Notes: generated by a model not told the origin, from the letters alone. A DNA stretch of 64,000 nt from Octopus sinensis (GCF_006345805.1 NC_042997.1:134912001-134976000), one strand, 5' to 3'. Shown: positions 1 through 12,364, counted from the first letter of the stretch. Made by a program: numbers and translations.

Positions 1-1554
1 TATAGGGAGAGGAAAGAGCGAGTTAGAGAACAGCTGTATGAATGTGAAAGAAAGTAGATTAATTTATCAAATGAGATTTGAAAATATATATATATATATA
101 TATATGAAAGAAGAAAGCAGGGGCAACCAGAAGGCTTAAGAGACAGTGGGGAATGCTGTTCTATGAGGAGGGATCTAGAAGGTATAAAGATGCAGATGCA
201 TAGGTGCTTTTGTGTGTGTGATACATTATAAATGAAAAGTTCCTAATTCGAGTATTCTGAGTTATGCCTTTCCTATCTTTCATTTAATACTCAGAGCCTG
301 CTTATTATTGTGAAATATTTGCTGTTTGAATATATTTCTGAAACATCATGCAAAAGTGATGAAGAAACACTTGCTTTAATGCTCTTGTTTTACAAAACCG
401 ATACTGCCTTGAATAAAAATTCTTAATTTTTCACTGAAACAAAGGTCACGCCGCATTTTTTATTTAAAGCCGCTGTTTCTCTAATATTGTGCCCTATCAA
501 ATATATAATTTTGAGTCCATGAAGATTTCTCTCACACAAGCGCCACAAAAATTTCAACAAAGCCGTAATGCATCTCCTGTCAGAGCTGACAAATGAATTT
601 TTGCGCTTATGAAATTTCATGAAATTGCCATATTTTAGGATAATCTCTGCTGTTTGTTTTAACTATGGCACTGTATATTATCGTCATTGCCTGGCAGTTA
701 CCATCTGGTGGGTAGTTCTCTTAAATTCTGAGTTGCAAGATCTTTAATGGCCAGCTGCTTCCATTGCTTTCCCATTCAGCTTTGTAGTATTATAACTTCT
801 GATATAACAATTAAAATTCGTAAAACTGAACTACTAACCTTAACACAGTTAATATTTAATATCTTACTATACTTATGCCTCGGCGGAAAATGGCGATTTA
901 TTAAACGAAGGAATTCCCTAAATCACTTCTTAATTCTAGGTTCATTACGGTTACATTAAATGTCATAAACATTTTATCTTTCCAATTTCTGTTTCAACAT
1001 TTGTCGTTCCCAGTGTTTTTTTAAGGCTTGGAACCTTATCGAAGAACTCACCATTTCAAAGAATCTCGTTATGCTACGCAGCTGCTCTCATGGAAGCTTC
1101 TTCATTGGAAGATAATGAAGATATTCGATGTATTTAAAGCAGTAATGGTTTTCTGATTAACATAACGTAATATTCCTAATGATTTGAACAAAAGCTGTTT
1201 AAAATTAATTCGGCTTAAATCAGTTTGATTTAATTATGTATCACAGTTATGTAGTTAAACATTTGATGATGAGGTGTATCGTAATTAAATAACCTAGGAA
1301 CACAAAGTGTGTAGTATATGGGAAATTTATGATTTTTCTGCTTTTATGCTAAGTATGTTACTCTTAAAATCGTTTTGTTCGTTTATGTAAATACTTGTAC
1401 GTCGGTCCTAATTAGATCTACTGCAATGTAATAACTTGTCGGGGTTTAATGACCATTTATTAATTGCGTTCTTAATGATAAACTCTTTGATATTCATTCA
1501 TCATTTCTTTATATGTGTGTCTGTGTTTATGTGTGTTTGTATGTACATGCGTGG

Positions 1555-1591
<37 letters not shown>

Positions 1592-3384
1592 AGTAATTGT
1601 ATTGTGGAACAGCCATTTTATCCATCTAATTATTACGTAAACCATTCAGCTCAATTTTCATTTTATTACTTGATGTTTTAAGCATTTTGTTGCATCATAC
1701 TTACACAATTCCACTTCAACAATTTAAAATTTTGTTGGTCCCATGCTCATATTGGTCTCATGTCTAACTTTGCTGTTGAACTCAGGAATATAAGTCTGTT
1801 GGAATCATCTTTATTAACGTTAACTACTCGAAATCGGTTGTCGTTAGTTACTTCTGAGCCCCGTCTCTTGTTTGTGTAAAGGAGGTGAATGGATGTGCAA
1901 GATGAGTTTCAGTTGACTCAGTGTGAATTTAGGCAGGCCAGAAGGATAGAAGCTATTGTAGTAGCGACAAACTACATGAACCAATCAATTGCACAGTTTT
2001 CTTTTTTGATTTAAGATGTGATTTAAGATGTTAGAGTGTGTAACCACAATATGATAAAAAACAAAAAAAATCTTCATCCATTTCTGAGAGTATATAGTCT
2101 ACCATAGATAGCTGTCTACATATATGAACGGAGGTATCTAATCATTCACACTACAATCTTTTCTCCGAAACTGAAGCACTAGAAACCCCAGGAGCTAAGT
2201 TGTGAGAGTTAATAGAAACAATCCATTGAAACATATTCAGTAAAGAGACACTAAAAATGTTTAAATGTCAGCCCAATCTTCCACCAGTTACATTCTTTGA
2301 TAAAGAAATAGAATACGAACTGGATAGTGAAGTCCAAGGTCTCTGTGCCTGAGATACAATCAAGTTGGCTATGACTGTAATCCTTTTATCAAATATCTAA
2401 ATTCCTGCCATCAGATGGCACGCTTATTCCCTGGGAAAAATTGTGCATATGAGTCAGTAACTTCAATGAATCATCTGGTGTGATTCATTAATATACGAAA
2501 ACAATTACACAGCAAATCTCATCTCATACGAATAAGTGCACGCACTGGCTCTATAAAAGATGCATTTTGGTACACACACACACGCATACACACACGCGCG
2601 CGTACACACACACACACTAATGTTTGTTTTTATGTTCAGTTATGACAAAAATAATTTTACATTAATCAGAGAGCTTACTCTATACTTTTGTTGAGTAAAA
2701 ATGTATAATTCTTATACGAGAAAGGCGGTGCTCTAGTATGGCCACAGTCAAATGACTGAAACAAATAAAATAAAAAAAATAAATAAAAGAATGTTTTGGA
2801 TAGAGACTTCGAATTTTCGGCCAACTAAGTCACCTTCGGAATGAATACAGTTAGTCTTGCTTTATATAGTCTCTGATCAATTAAAAATCATCTTTAGGCG
2901 TCTGGGTTTGATTGGGGTGGTAAGTTTTTGTGGTCGGTTGTTATGGAAAGGTGTTTTGGAAAAAAAACTTCTATTGATTAAATTGGGGGTGGGTGTTATG
3001 TTATTGTTCAGAATTTATCCATGCGTGTAGAACTTTGTAAACAAACATGCACGTGTTTATCTCTTGTCAGGTAGGCACAAGATGTGATAGTAGTTTCGTT
3101 GCTTTTGAATTTAATCCATCCTTTTGATTAGACTATATATATATATATGCTAGCTGATGTACCTGGCAATTCCATGAATTTTGGAGAGTATATCAGCCGA
3201 AACGTTGTGTTAACAACAAACAAAATGAGGACAAATATCGGTCAAATGTAAATAATATATGTATGTATGAATCTATATGTGTATGTATATATCGTTATAT
3301 GCAAGAGAAGCAAGTTTTAACTTCAAATGCTTTCTCTCTCACTCGTGTGTGTGTATTCATGTGTATACTTGTATGTACCTTCTA

Positions 3385-3691
<307 letters not shown>

Positions 3692-4703
3692 GTATATACG
3701 TAGGTATACATGTATGCCTAGAATGCAATTAAAATCAATTTGAAAAATATATTTGAAAACAACAATTCTAAAATGACTGAAAATATCTCTCTTCTGATTC
3801 TGATCGCTTACGTTATTGGAATAAATCCTTTTAAAACTATAAATACTTGTTCTCCGATTCAGAACAACTTATCAATGGGAAATGTGTTGGAAATCATTCT
3901 GTCTTAATCCACAAATACACTCTAGAGAAAGATCTATTTACAGTTCTTTGTCATTGATGTCATGATCTCATTAATTATGATTGGAAAACACAGGTATAAT
4001 AGATAGGAAATTTGTTGGGAATTATTTTCATTCAAAATCAAATGTATGCAGGAAGAAAATGTTGAAATGATTTGTTGTAAACATTCTATGAATTGAAGTA
4101 AAAAAATGGGTAGTTGATATGAAATTTGGAACAAAATATCATTATTTATGTGTAAATTTTAATTTTATTTTAATCAAGATATTATTATTATTATAATATT
4201 TACTGGTATTCTCTGGACAGCATCAATTACCTATTTCAAGAGAATTGACCACAGAAAATAACATTCGTACGAAAATATTCACCTTACGTTACTTCAACAA
4301 ACCTAAACTTAGACGCTTTCTCAATTTATACACGCAAGGAAATTAGAGCACTTTAGAACCTTGGTCTTAGAGACAGCAGTTATATTGCTTCACTGAAAGC
4401 CTCAAAGATCTCTAGCGGTTATGTTTCTCACTTGGATGGTGTTGATTGTTGTTTAATCCCAGGTCAACCTTGATTAAACTGACTTGATAATTAAAGTTGT
4501 CATGAACGAGAGCAAGCCCTCTTTTTATTTCTAGGAATACATTTTTGAGACAGTAAAGCGTAATTTCCTAGAGATTTGGCTGCTTTTGTTATACGTTTAA
4601 AAAAAAAAGTGTCAAAATTTGTTGAAAGTAAGAAAACTGTGTGGAAGTGTTTGTTAGGTGGGTTTAAATAACAAATGAGAGATATGATAAAGATACGAGT
4701 TTA

Positions 4704-4899
4704 CGAAGGGGTGCTGAAAAGTTCCTGGCTTTGGGTAAAAGAAAATCAGTTAAATATGATTTCATTCAACAGATTCCACTCTCAGATTCACAGCGGTCCT
4801 CAGTTTGTCTAAATCCTGTAAAAAAAAATCGGAGGTTTGGACCACCAATCAGGCTTTTGGCGATGTTCTTAAAACCAAGAACTTTTCAATAGCCCCTCG
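4704..4899. mobile_element. mariner-type MITE / internally deleted DNA transposon
   Basis: Imperfect TIRs cgaaggggtgctgaaaagttcctggctt / aaaccaagaacttttcaatagcccctcg, flanked by TA at 4702-03 and 4900-01. Confidence 0.8.
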
Positions 4900-5494
4900 T
4901 ATATGATATGTCAGTCTTAATACAAAAATATGTAATGTATTAAAAATTATAATATATATCGGCAAACAGAAAGTGAGTGGCATATTTAGATACTTAGATT
5001 AAACATTGACTGTCGTTCACGTGTCTTTTAGTAAGAGGAATTCAGCATCATCTTTGAAATATTAGAAGGGTGATATTCCTTAACATAAATAGTTAATACA
5101 GCTATATTAGCTATTATTTCATAGCTGAGTACAGTGTTATATTATTGCTAAAACCGCACCCTGTAAGAATAATGGTAAACCACAACTTGCATACGGAAGA
5201 AACCACCCTACAAGAAAGCATAACTTGTTACAGAATACAAAAATATATATTATCTGTATTTATATATGACTTAAATCCCCGGCACTGCACTGTATCCTTA
5301 AGCAAGACTACTTTACTTCACGTTCTCACAGTCCACTCAGCGGGTAAAAATGAGTAGTATTCGTATTTCAAATATGTATATGTATATGCGTAAACATGCA
5401 TACTTTATGACAAAATATTCAACAAGAACAGAGCGCACAAGGCTGAACACTGATCTGCTGATTTGATTCTTCTCTCAAGAATATACTGACTTAC

Positions 5495-5696
5495 CACAAA
5501 CAACTTCTTTTCTGATTGCAGGAAACAATAACATATCATTTATAGATGTAATGGCACCTTCAAGAGTACCAAACATTGTGTCCAATCCAAGTGTGAGCAG
5601 CATGAGGAAGAAGAGAACGGCCCACAATGGGGCAACAGGAAACTGATCGATTGCTTCTGTGAAGGCAATGAATGCTAGTCCGGTCCCGGAGGCTGA
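5495..5696 (-). CDS. SLC6 exon: EL4 end, TM8 ([47 protein letters not shown]...KEVVC)
   Basis: Acceptor atttcag|TCA; donor TGT G|gtaagt; [11 protein letters not shown] and FF.MLL.LG.D..FG motifs. Confidence 0.96.
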
Positions 5697-5942
5697 CTGA
5701 AATATCAAGCGTAAAGAAATAATTAGTTTAATATATAAAGTTATTCCAAACATGAAAACACAAAGAGATAACACACAACAACGCGAGAACGTAGAACAAG
5801 GAAAGGAAAGAAAGAAGGAGGATTGAATGTTTCGAGCGGAGCTCTTCGTCAGAAACATAGGAAAAAGAAAGATCCAAGGAAAGGAAGACAGAGGGAAAAA
5901 ATCGCCAACGATACAAACGTGGTCACAATATATGCGTGTGTT

Positions 5943-6175
5943 AAGGCGGCGAGCTGGCAGAAACGTTAGCACGCCGCGCGAAATGCGTAGCCGTATTTCG
6001 CCTGCCGCTACGTTTTGGGTTCAAATTCCGCCGAGGTCGACTTTGCCTTTCATCCTTTCGGGGTCGATAAATTAAGTACCAGTTACGCACTGGGGTCGAT
6101 ATAATCGACTTAATCCGTTTGTCTGTCCTTGTTTGTCCCCTCTGTGTTTAGCCCCTTGTGGGTAGTAAAGATATA
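5943..6175 (+). mobile_element. SINE family A (tRNA-derived type), monomer
   Basis: Shared consensus gagctggcagaaacgttagcacgcc...gttcaaattccgccgaggtcgactttgcc...gtgggtagtaaag. 15-bp TSD aatatatgcgtgtgt at 5927-5941 and 6176-6190. Confidence 0.85.
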
Positions 6176-6536
6176 AATATATGCGTGTGTAATTATATGT
6201 TGTTAATGCTGATGTTGTTTAGCTAAATGACAAATTGTTTGAAGGAGACACGTGATCTAAGTTTAGAAAACTTAGTTCACGTGTCTCCTAATAATCATTT
6301 CGTCTGCTTTCTTTATTAGAAACTATTTATGATGGTCCCTGTTACATATTAATGTAGGTGCATTACATACCTAATTAGAAATACTTATGCAGCTAGGAAA
6401 AGATGAGTAGTTCAGCGATTGATTTTATTTCAAATATCTAGGCATTTATGAGTAACAAACTAAAAAACGAAGGCTGCACAACATTATTTATGGAAGGTTT
6501 AGCTACATGCTATTTATAACAGATTGAGTGAATATA

Positions 6537-6957
6537 CACCTATTTCTTTACTACCCACAAGGGGCTAAACTCAGAGAGGACAAACAAGGACAGACAAACG
6601 GATTAAGTCGTTTATATCGACCCAAGTGCGTAACTGGTACTTAATTTATCGACCCCGAAAGGATGAAAGGCAAAGTCTACCTCGGCGGAATTTGAACTCA
6701 GAACGTAGCGGCAGACGAAATACCTATTTCTTTACTACCCACAAAGGGCTAAACACAGAGAAGACAAACAAGGATAGACAGACAGATTAAGTCGATTATA
6801 TCGACCCCAGTGCGTAACTGGTACTTATTTAATCGAACCCGAAAGGATGAAAGGCAAAGTCGACCTCGGCGGAATTTGAAGTCAGAACGTAGCAGCAGAC
6901 GAGCTACCACCAAGCATTTCGTCCGGCGTGCTAACGCTTCTGCCAGCTCACCGACTT
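6537..6957 (-). mobile_element. SINE family A head-to-tail dimer
   Basis: Two units joined at gaaatac|ctatttc (about 6723); 13-bp TSD ttgagtgaatata at 6524-6536 and 6958-6970. Confidence 0.85.
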
Positions 6958-7269
6958 TTGAGTGAATATATACAGGCTCACTCGATGAATTGAGTATTTG
7001 AATGTAAATATACAACCTTAAATACACATATTGATAGAAATGAATTCATAAGGTTTATAAAGGAGAATGAAACTTTCATATGTATTTAAAATATATCTCT
7101 CTTAATCTTGGTTGACTAAATGAGCCGGAGTGTACCTCAAATTAGTTAACCTCAGCCTTCATGATTACATCTTTTCAACATTCAGGTGACGAGAGTAATG
7201 TAATCGCTTATATATAACACATATATTTGTATAGCATTTTTGCCAAAATGGGAAGCTATTACTAGGAAA

Positions 7270-7318
<49 letters not shown>

Positions 7319-7415
7319 TATCAGAATTGATTGGTGTACGCGCGCACACATACACACATATGTATGTGTTCAGCTCTTTTGGAGAAAACCCAGCATCTCT
7401 TATTTGCTTTTATGC

Positions 7416-7820
7416 AAATCTATAGTCTGGATATAACAGCTGTAGGTTTCTCATGAAATGTTCTTTCCCCCGATTTTTGACGTGACATTTACACCCAGCA
7501 GCAGGCACTTGATCTACATAACAGTGCATGACATTTGCTCCCTGTCTTATAGAAAAGTATTTATAGCACTTACACAAGACAACTGCTTTTTACTGGAATG
7601 TTCCACTAGTATCTTTTATCTTTGAATATATAGATGCATTTTGCTTCTGGTGTACCTCTGGTATGACAGACCGGGGCAATCCTTCCTGCGTATAGCACAG
7701 TAGATAGTTTTAGCGACAATGTCATGTCTCATGGAAATGTGGTATCATGCAGATATTCTGGAGCAGCTACTGACGATAAGAATGAAACTTTCCTCACCGC
7801 TATGGTACAATCGACATTTT
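7416..7820 (-). mobile_element. Old, degenerate fragment of an RLE-type (R4/Dong-like) non-LTR retrotransposon ORF
   Basis: Minus-strand translation gives MRHDIVAKTIY, WNIPVK and NLQLLYPDYRF, colinear with the younger copy at 10080-10500; interrupted by stops and frameshifts. Confidence 0.7.
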
Positions 7821-7914
7821 CTAGCCTGCTATGTGAGTTGTGATGTATTTATTGCAAGTTTTAAATAGAATAAAATCTTTTGGTACAAGTCATTCCATCA
7901 AATATTTCTTTTTG

Positions 7915-8060
7915 TTGTGTTAGTCAGTTCACTGCGGCCATGCCGGAGCACCGCCTAGAAAAATTTCAGTCGAAGGTATCGCCCCCAGTAAATTTTGTTT
8001 TCATTTTTTAAGTCTGGTATTTATACTATTGGTCTCTTATGCCAAACCGCTAAGTTACAG
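7915..8060 (+). mobile_element. SINE-like repeat family B (actgcggccatgctggagcaccgcc...)
   Basis: Same consensus recurs at about 12492-12685 (+), 27365-27570 (-), 57010-57230 (+), with fragments near 2720-2765 and 30307-30355 (-). Confidence 0.7.
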
Positions 8061-8097
8061 ACATACATATACATATCGATTTTATAAACTTATATAT

Positions 8098-8262
8098 ACG
8101 ACGAGCTTCTTTCAGTTTCCATCTTCCAGATCCCCTTATAAAGCTTTGGTCAGCCTGAGACTATAGTAGAAGACACTTGCCCAATGTGCCACGCAGTGGG
8201 ACTGAACCCGGAACCATGTGGCTGAGAAGTGAGCTTCTTACCACACAACTACTCCTGCGCCT
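8098..8262 (-). mobile_element. SINE-like repeat family C (...gaagacacttgcccaa...ctgaacccggaaccatgtgg...)
   Basis: Same consensus recurs at about 12712-12870 (-), 27085-27228 (+), 57364-57520 (-) and 22262-22330 (+, truncated). Confidence 0.7.
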
Positions 8263-8425
8263 GTAACAAGATAGGCAATACTAACCAATGAATATTAGTA
8301 AAAAATTGTAATAATCGAAATGAAATAGTGATGTAATTAACAATAATTTTGATAATCATAATAATTATTTTGGAAATCATAATCATCGTTTGCTCATCGC
8401 TAAAAAAATGAAATAGGAAAGATAC

Positions 8426-8544
8426 CTCTGTCATTAGCTTTTCAAAATCACATTCCTTTTCTACTGTGGTGTTAGGATTCTTTGTGTGATTTGTGCTGCC
8501 AAATTTCTCAAGGCATTTCTCGTATGCCATTGTTGCTTTGAAAC
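8426..8544 (-). CDS. SLC6 exon: EL4 (GFKATMAYEKCLEKFGSTNHTKNPNTTVEKECDFEKLMTE)
   Basis: Acceptor tcttttag|GT completes the Gly codon; donor GAG|gtatct. GFKA...C...C pattern typical of the SLC6A15-20 EL4; two N-x-T sequons. Confidence 0.92.
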
Positions 8545-8830
8545 CTAAAAGACACGTATTGGAATACATCATTTTCTGCAGTTAAACAAAATTTTATGTG
8601 CCAAAAGCAGTTTCCAAAGAATACTGTTCTACGACAAACAAACATTGAGGATGCTTAAATTTATCGATTTCATACAACTTTTATGATATCAAAGAAATTC
8701 AATTACGTCTTCGATTCCACATATCTGTATCTGTATGTATGTATGTATGTATGTGTGTATGTATGTATGTATGTATGTATGTATGTATGTATGTATGTAT
8801 GTATGTATGTATGTATGTATGCATGTGTGT

Positions 8831-9758
8831 CATTATTCAGTTAATTTCAAGATTTCTTGCTAATAGAGAAAGAACCAGTTTCTAACCTAGATCCAAGGTT
8901 TCTTCATTGGAATTTCAACATCAATAACAGGCCATTTTTGTATGTATGTATGTATGCATGTATGTATGTATGTATGTATGTATGTATGTATGTATGTATG
9001 TATGTATGTATGTATGTCAGGTCACTTTCGAGTACTACTGGTAACATGTAACCCAGTACAACCTGTTGCATGGTCGGGTCATCGGCGACTAAACCGGCAA
9101 ACCCACCAAGCTTGCTTGGTGAGGAGGGTGTTTATTGGACACCCTGCGGGATGAAAAACAAAACCTGTCAAAGGGCGGAAGAACTCTTGAGAGTCAACGG
9201 CCATCCAATAAATGTCTTAAGGCTGTATCATGCGCGGGAACATAGAAATAATCGGACTGAATACCCGATCGCGCGGTTAAACCATTGGGAGTGAAGGACT
9301 CCTAGCCTTTGTTAGAGCATCCTTCTAGGAGAAGGTTACTCAGGTAACTGGGATAACTCCGACATAAAACCTGCGGCTCAGTGGTTACCGATGATGTTGA
9401 CTTGTTCTTCTTTTCGGATCATGGCTGCTGTTGCTTAGAGAGTGGGATTGACTCAGTGCACAGCCTTTCCTCACTTTAAAAAAATCTTCTTGCACAGGCA
9501 TTGCACGATAACAACATTGATTAAGCTTCGTGCAATGGCCATACTCGATAACGAGGGGGCAGCCACCATGTATGTATGTATGTATGTATGTATGTATGTA
9601 TGTATGTGTGTATGTATGTATGTATGTATGTATGTATGTATGTATGTATGTATGTATGTATGTATGTATGTATGTACGTACGTATGTATGTATGTATGTA
9701 TGTATGTATGTATGTATGTATGTATGTATGTATGTATGTTTGTATGTATGTATGCATG

Positions 9759-9792
<34 letters not shown>

Positions 9793-10645
9793 CGTATGTA
9801 TGCATGTATATATGTATGTATGTATGAACGTGTGTATGTATGTGCCGATTTGTATATTTTATGTATGTATTCTCAAGCATATTGTTACATATCTAGACAT
9901 GTTCATATATATTTAAATGATAAACTTCTCGAAAGTTTTACAGATTTTTACAGTTACAGTGATGGATCTGTAGTCTTCGAATTAGCTTTCTCCTGTCTGG
10001 TTTTGAGAAGCCTAATTTCTCAAGATTGGTATTTAGGCAGTGTGTTACACATTCCAGGGTCTAATCTGGATAGAGTAACTACAGATTTCTCAATTGTTCA
10101 ACATATGTGTTCTCTTTTTCACTGATCTTCAGCCTTATGTTAACACCGCTGGGCAGCTAATTGCCACAACTATGCACACAGTTTCTCTTCTGTTACCCAA
10201 GTCATTATATCAGGTCTGTTGTGCTTACATTTTATTGAGGTCTTCACTGGTACATTCCACCAGTATTCCTTTCTATTATGAGTGGCTATGGCTTCTACCA
10301 TATTGTGGGGTTTTATTTTTTTGTGTCCTCCGAAGTATCTCATTATAGAGTGTCCTAGCAACAACGTCATGTCTCATCGGTAGATAATACCGTGATGACA
10401 TTTTGGGACAACCACTTATAATGTGGGTGATATCTTCAGTGTGAACTCCATAAAGTCTGCATCGGTTGTCACATTTTACTGCTTTTCCTGAATTTCTAAC
10501 CTTTTTGTGCATCAGGTACTTGGTTGATATTTTCTGATCCTGGATTGCAAATGCATACGCTTCAAAGTGGGAGGTAGTAATCAGGCTGTTCGTCCATGAT
10601 AAACTGCTTTGATGATCGATGTTACTATCATCACAAAGCTTTCTA
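8831..10645 (-). mobile_element. 5'-truncated R4/Dong-like RLE non-LTR retrotransposon (ORF C-terminus plus 3'UTR with internal (TACA)n), interrupted by an insert at 9018-9567
   Basis: Minus-strand remnants read AIQDQKISTKY, CRL(Y)G..EDITHIISGC..MRHDVVA (CCHC knuckle + RHD), NRPDI..EKLC..ISCP (RLE PD-(D/E)xK region) and ...GTVKIC..F..II* (stop at 9913-9915). These are established R2/R4/NeSL-superfamily motifs. Confidence 0.85.
9018..9567 (+). mobile_element. GC-richer, hairpin-rich insert resembling a non-LTR retrotransposon 5'UTR, inserted inside a (TATG)n tract
   Basis: Sharp borders tatgt|caggtc and gccacc|atgtatg. Multiple stems (tactgg/ccagta, caccaag/cttggtg, agggtgt/acaccct, cattgcacga/tcgtgcaatg). 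Family assignment is inference. Confidence 0.5.
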
Positions 10646-10667
10646 CTAACATATGTATGTATGCATG

Positions 10668-11140
10668 TTATTGTTCAGTTTTATCTAAATATTTCCTGCC
10701 AACAGAGAGAGAGAGCCGGTTTCTAACCTAGATCCAATGCTCCTTCATTGGAATTTCAACATCAACAGCAGGTTATTTTTGTATGTATGTATGTATGTAT
10801 GTATGTATGTATGTATGTATGTATGTATGTATGTATGTATGTATGCATGTATGTATATGTGCAGATTTGTATGTTTTGTTTTATGTATCTATTGTCATGC
10901 ATATAGTTGCATATCTAAACTTGCTCATATATATTTAAGTAATAAACTTCTGGGAAGTTTTACAGATTTTTACAGTTCCAGTGATGGATTGAATCTGTAG
11001 TCTTCAAATTAGCTTTCTCCTTTCTGGTTTTGAGAAGCCTAATTTCTCAAGATTGGTACTGAGGCAATGTGTTACGTATCCCAGGGCCCCAATAATTACA
11101 GGTATAAATATGAACTTGCAATTTGGATAGTGTATTCAGA
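10668..11140 (-). mobile_element. Second, more truncated copy of the R4/Dong-like element (last ~70 codons + 3'UTR)
   Basis: Reads YPNCKFIFIPVIIGALG..LEKLGFSKPERRKLI..LQIQSITGTVKICKT; same 3'UTR with internal (TATG)n; (TATG)n on both sides. Confidence 0.85.
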
Positions 11141-11976
11141 TTTATGTATGTATGTATGTATGTTTGTATGTGTGTGTATATAGGAACGGAGTAGGTAAGG
11201 TCTGGGCTACATATGTAACCTTTAATTTAACCAAGATGTCCTTGGCCTGCAGAGTAGCCGGCGGTATACACCTCGCTTGGATCTTCACCACTTCTGAGGT
11301 TCCGCCCGCTCTGAAGCATATGTAGCCCGGATCTTTTCTACTCCATTCCGTAACTCTTGTATTCCTTTTCGCACACCCGGCAACCCTAGTCGCTTACCGT
11401 GGAATATAAAAAGAACTTTGTTTCAGCTATTTAGTTCTTCGTTAAGTAAAAATCCACAATCCTCCGTCTCAATAAACCACTATTGTCCATGAAAGTTGTT
11501 TTTTTTATATTTACTATGGATTCCTTGAAGATAACTTTCGTCCTACATGTCGACCTCTGGATTTTTATATATATGTATATATATATATATAAATATTGTT
11601 AGAGATAGAAACAGTGATATATAGGAAGTAGTTATATTTATAAATGTGGGGAAAGTAGACCTGACGTTTGGGAGTGCTTAAACATAATGAGTTTTGGAAT
11701 GAGATTTTGTATCTTAACAATACCATACGTACCCTCATGAAGCACGTGTAGTCCGTAATATGAACATTTCGGGATTATTAATATAAATAGTAAGTATATT
11801 ATTTAACATTTTAAGGCTTGGTTGAGTTAATATCGTTTGGAGTCGATGAAGGTGTGGGTATTTCTATCCCTAACAATATTTTGATACATATAAATTGATT
11901 ATTGAGAGTGATTCAATTTACTATTTTTAATTTGAATGTCTCAATCCTGTGGCACTGGAATTGATATTCCCTAATT

Positions 11977-12026
<50 letters not shown>

Positions 12027-12129
12027 CAGCAAAACAATTAAGATTCAAATGAATTCAAATGAATATGGTACTTAACTTAGATGCACCAGAATTCTTTATG
12101 GTATTAACCATAAAATTATGTGGGGTGAT

Positions 12130-12364
12130 TATAATCAAGAAAAAAGCAACAAGAATGGCTTGGTAGTTTAGTACAATTGGAACTCACTCCTATAACTTCA
12201 TACGGATATTTACACTCTCTAAGTTGTTTGGAAAACCTATATGTGATTTAGCTGATGAATACTTGACATTATATTTGCTGTAATATTTGCAGCTTGAAAT
12301 AAAATGTTTATAGTATGAAACAATTGTACTAAACTACCAATCCATTCTTGTTGCTTTTTTCTTG

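Noticed and set aside
3153-3206. CTGATG...CGAAAC hammerhead-like pair
   Set aside because: The core is CTGATGT rather than CTGANGA, and the CTGATG bases are sequestered in a stem with tatatcagc; not a hammerhead fold.
9562-9570. Perfect Kozak GCCACCATG opening ORFs 9442-10125 and 9576-9827
   Set aside because: The ATG is the first unit of the (ATGT)n microsatellite at an insertion junction; the product is repeat-derived.
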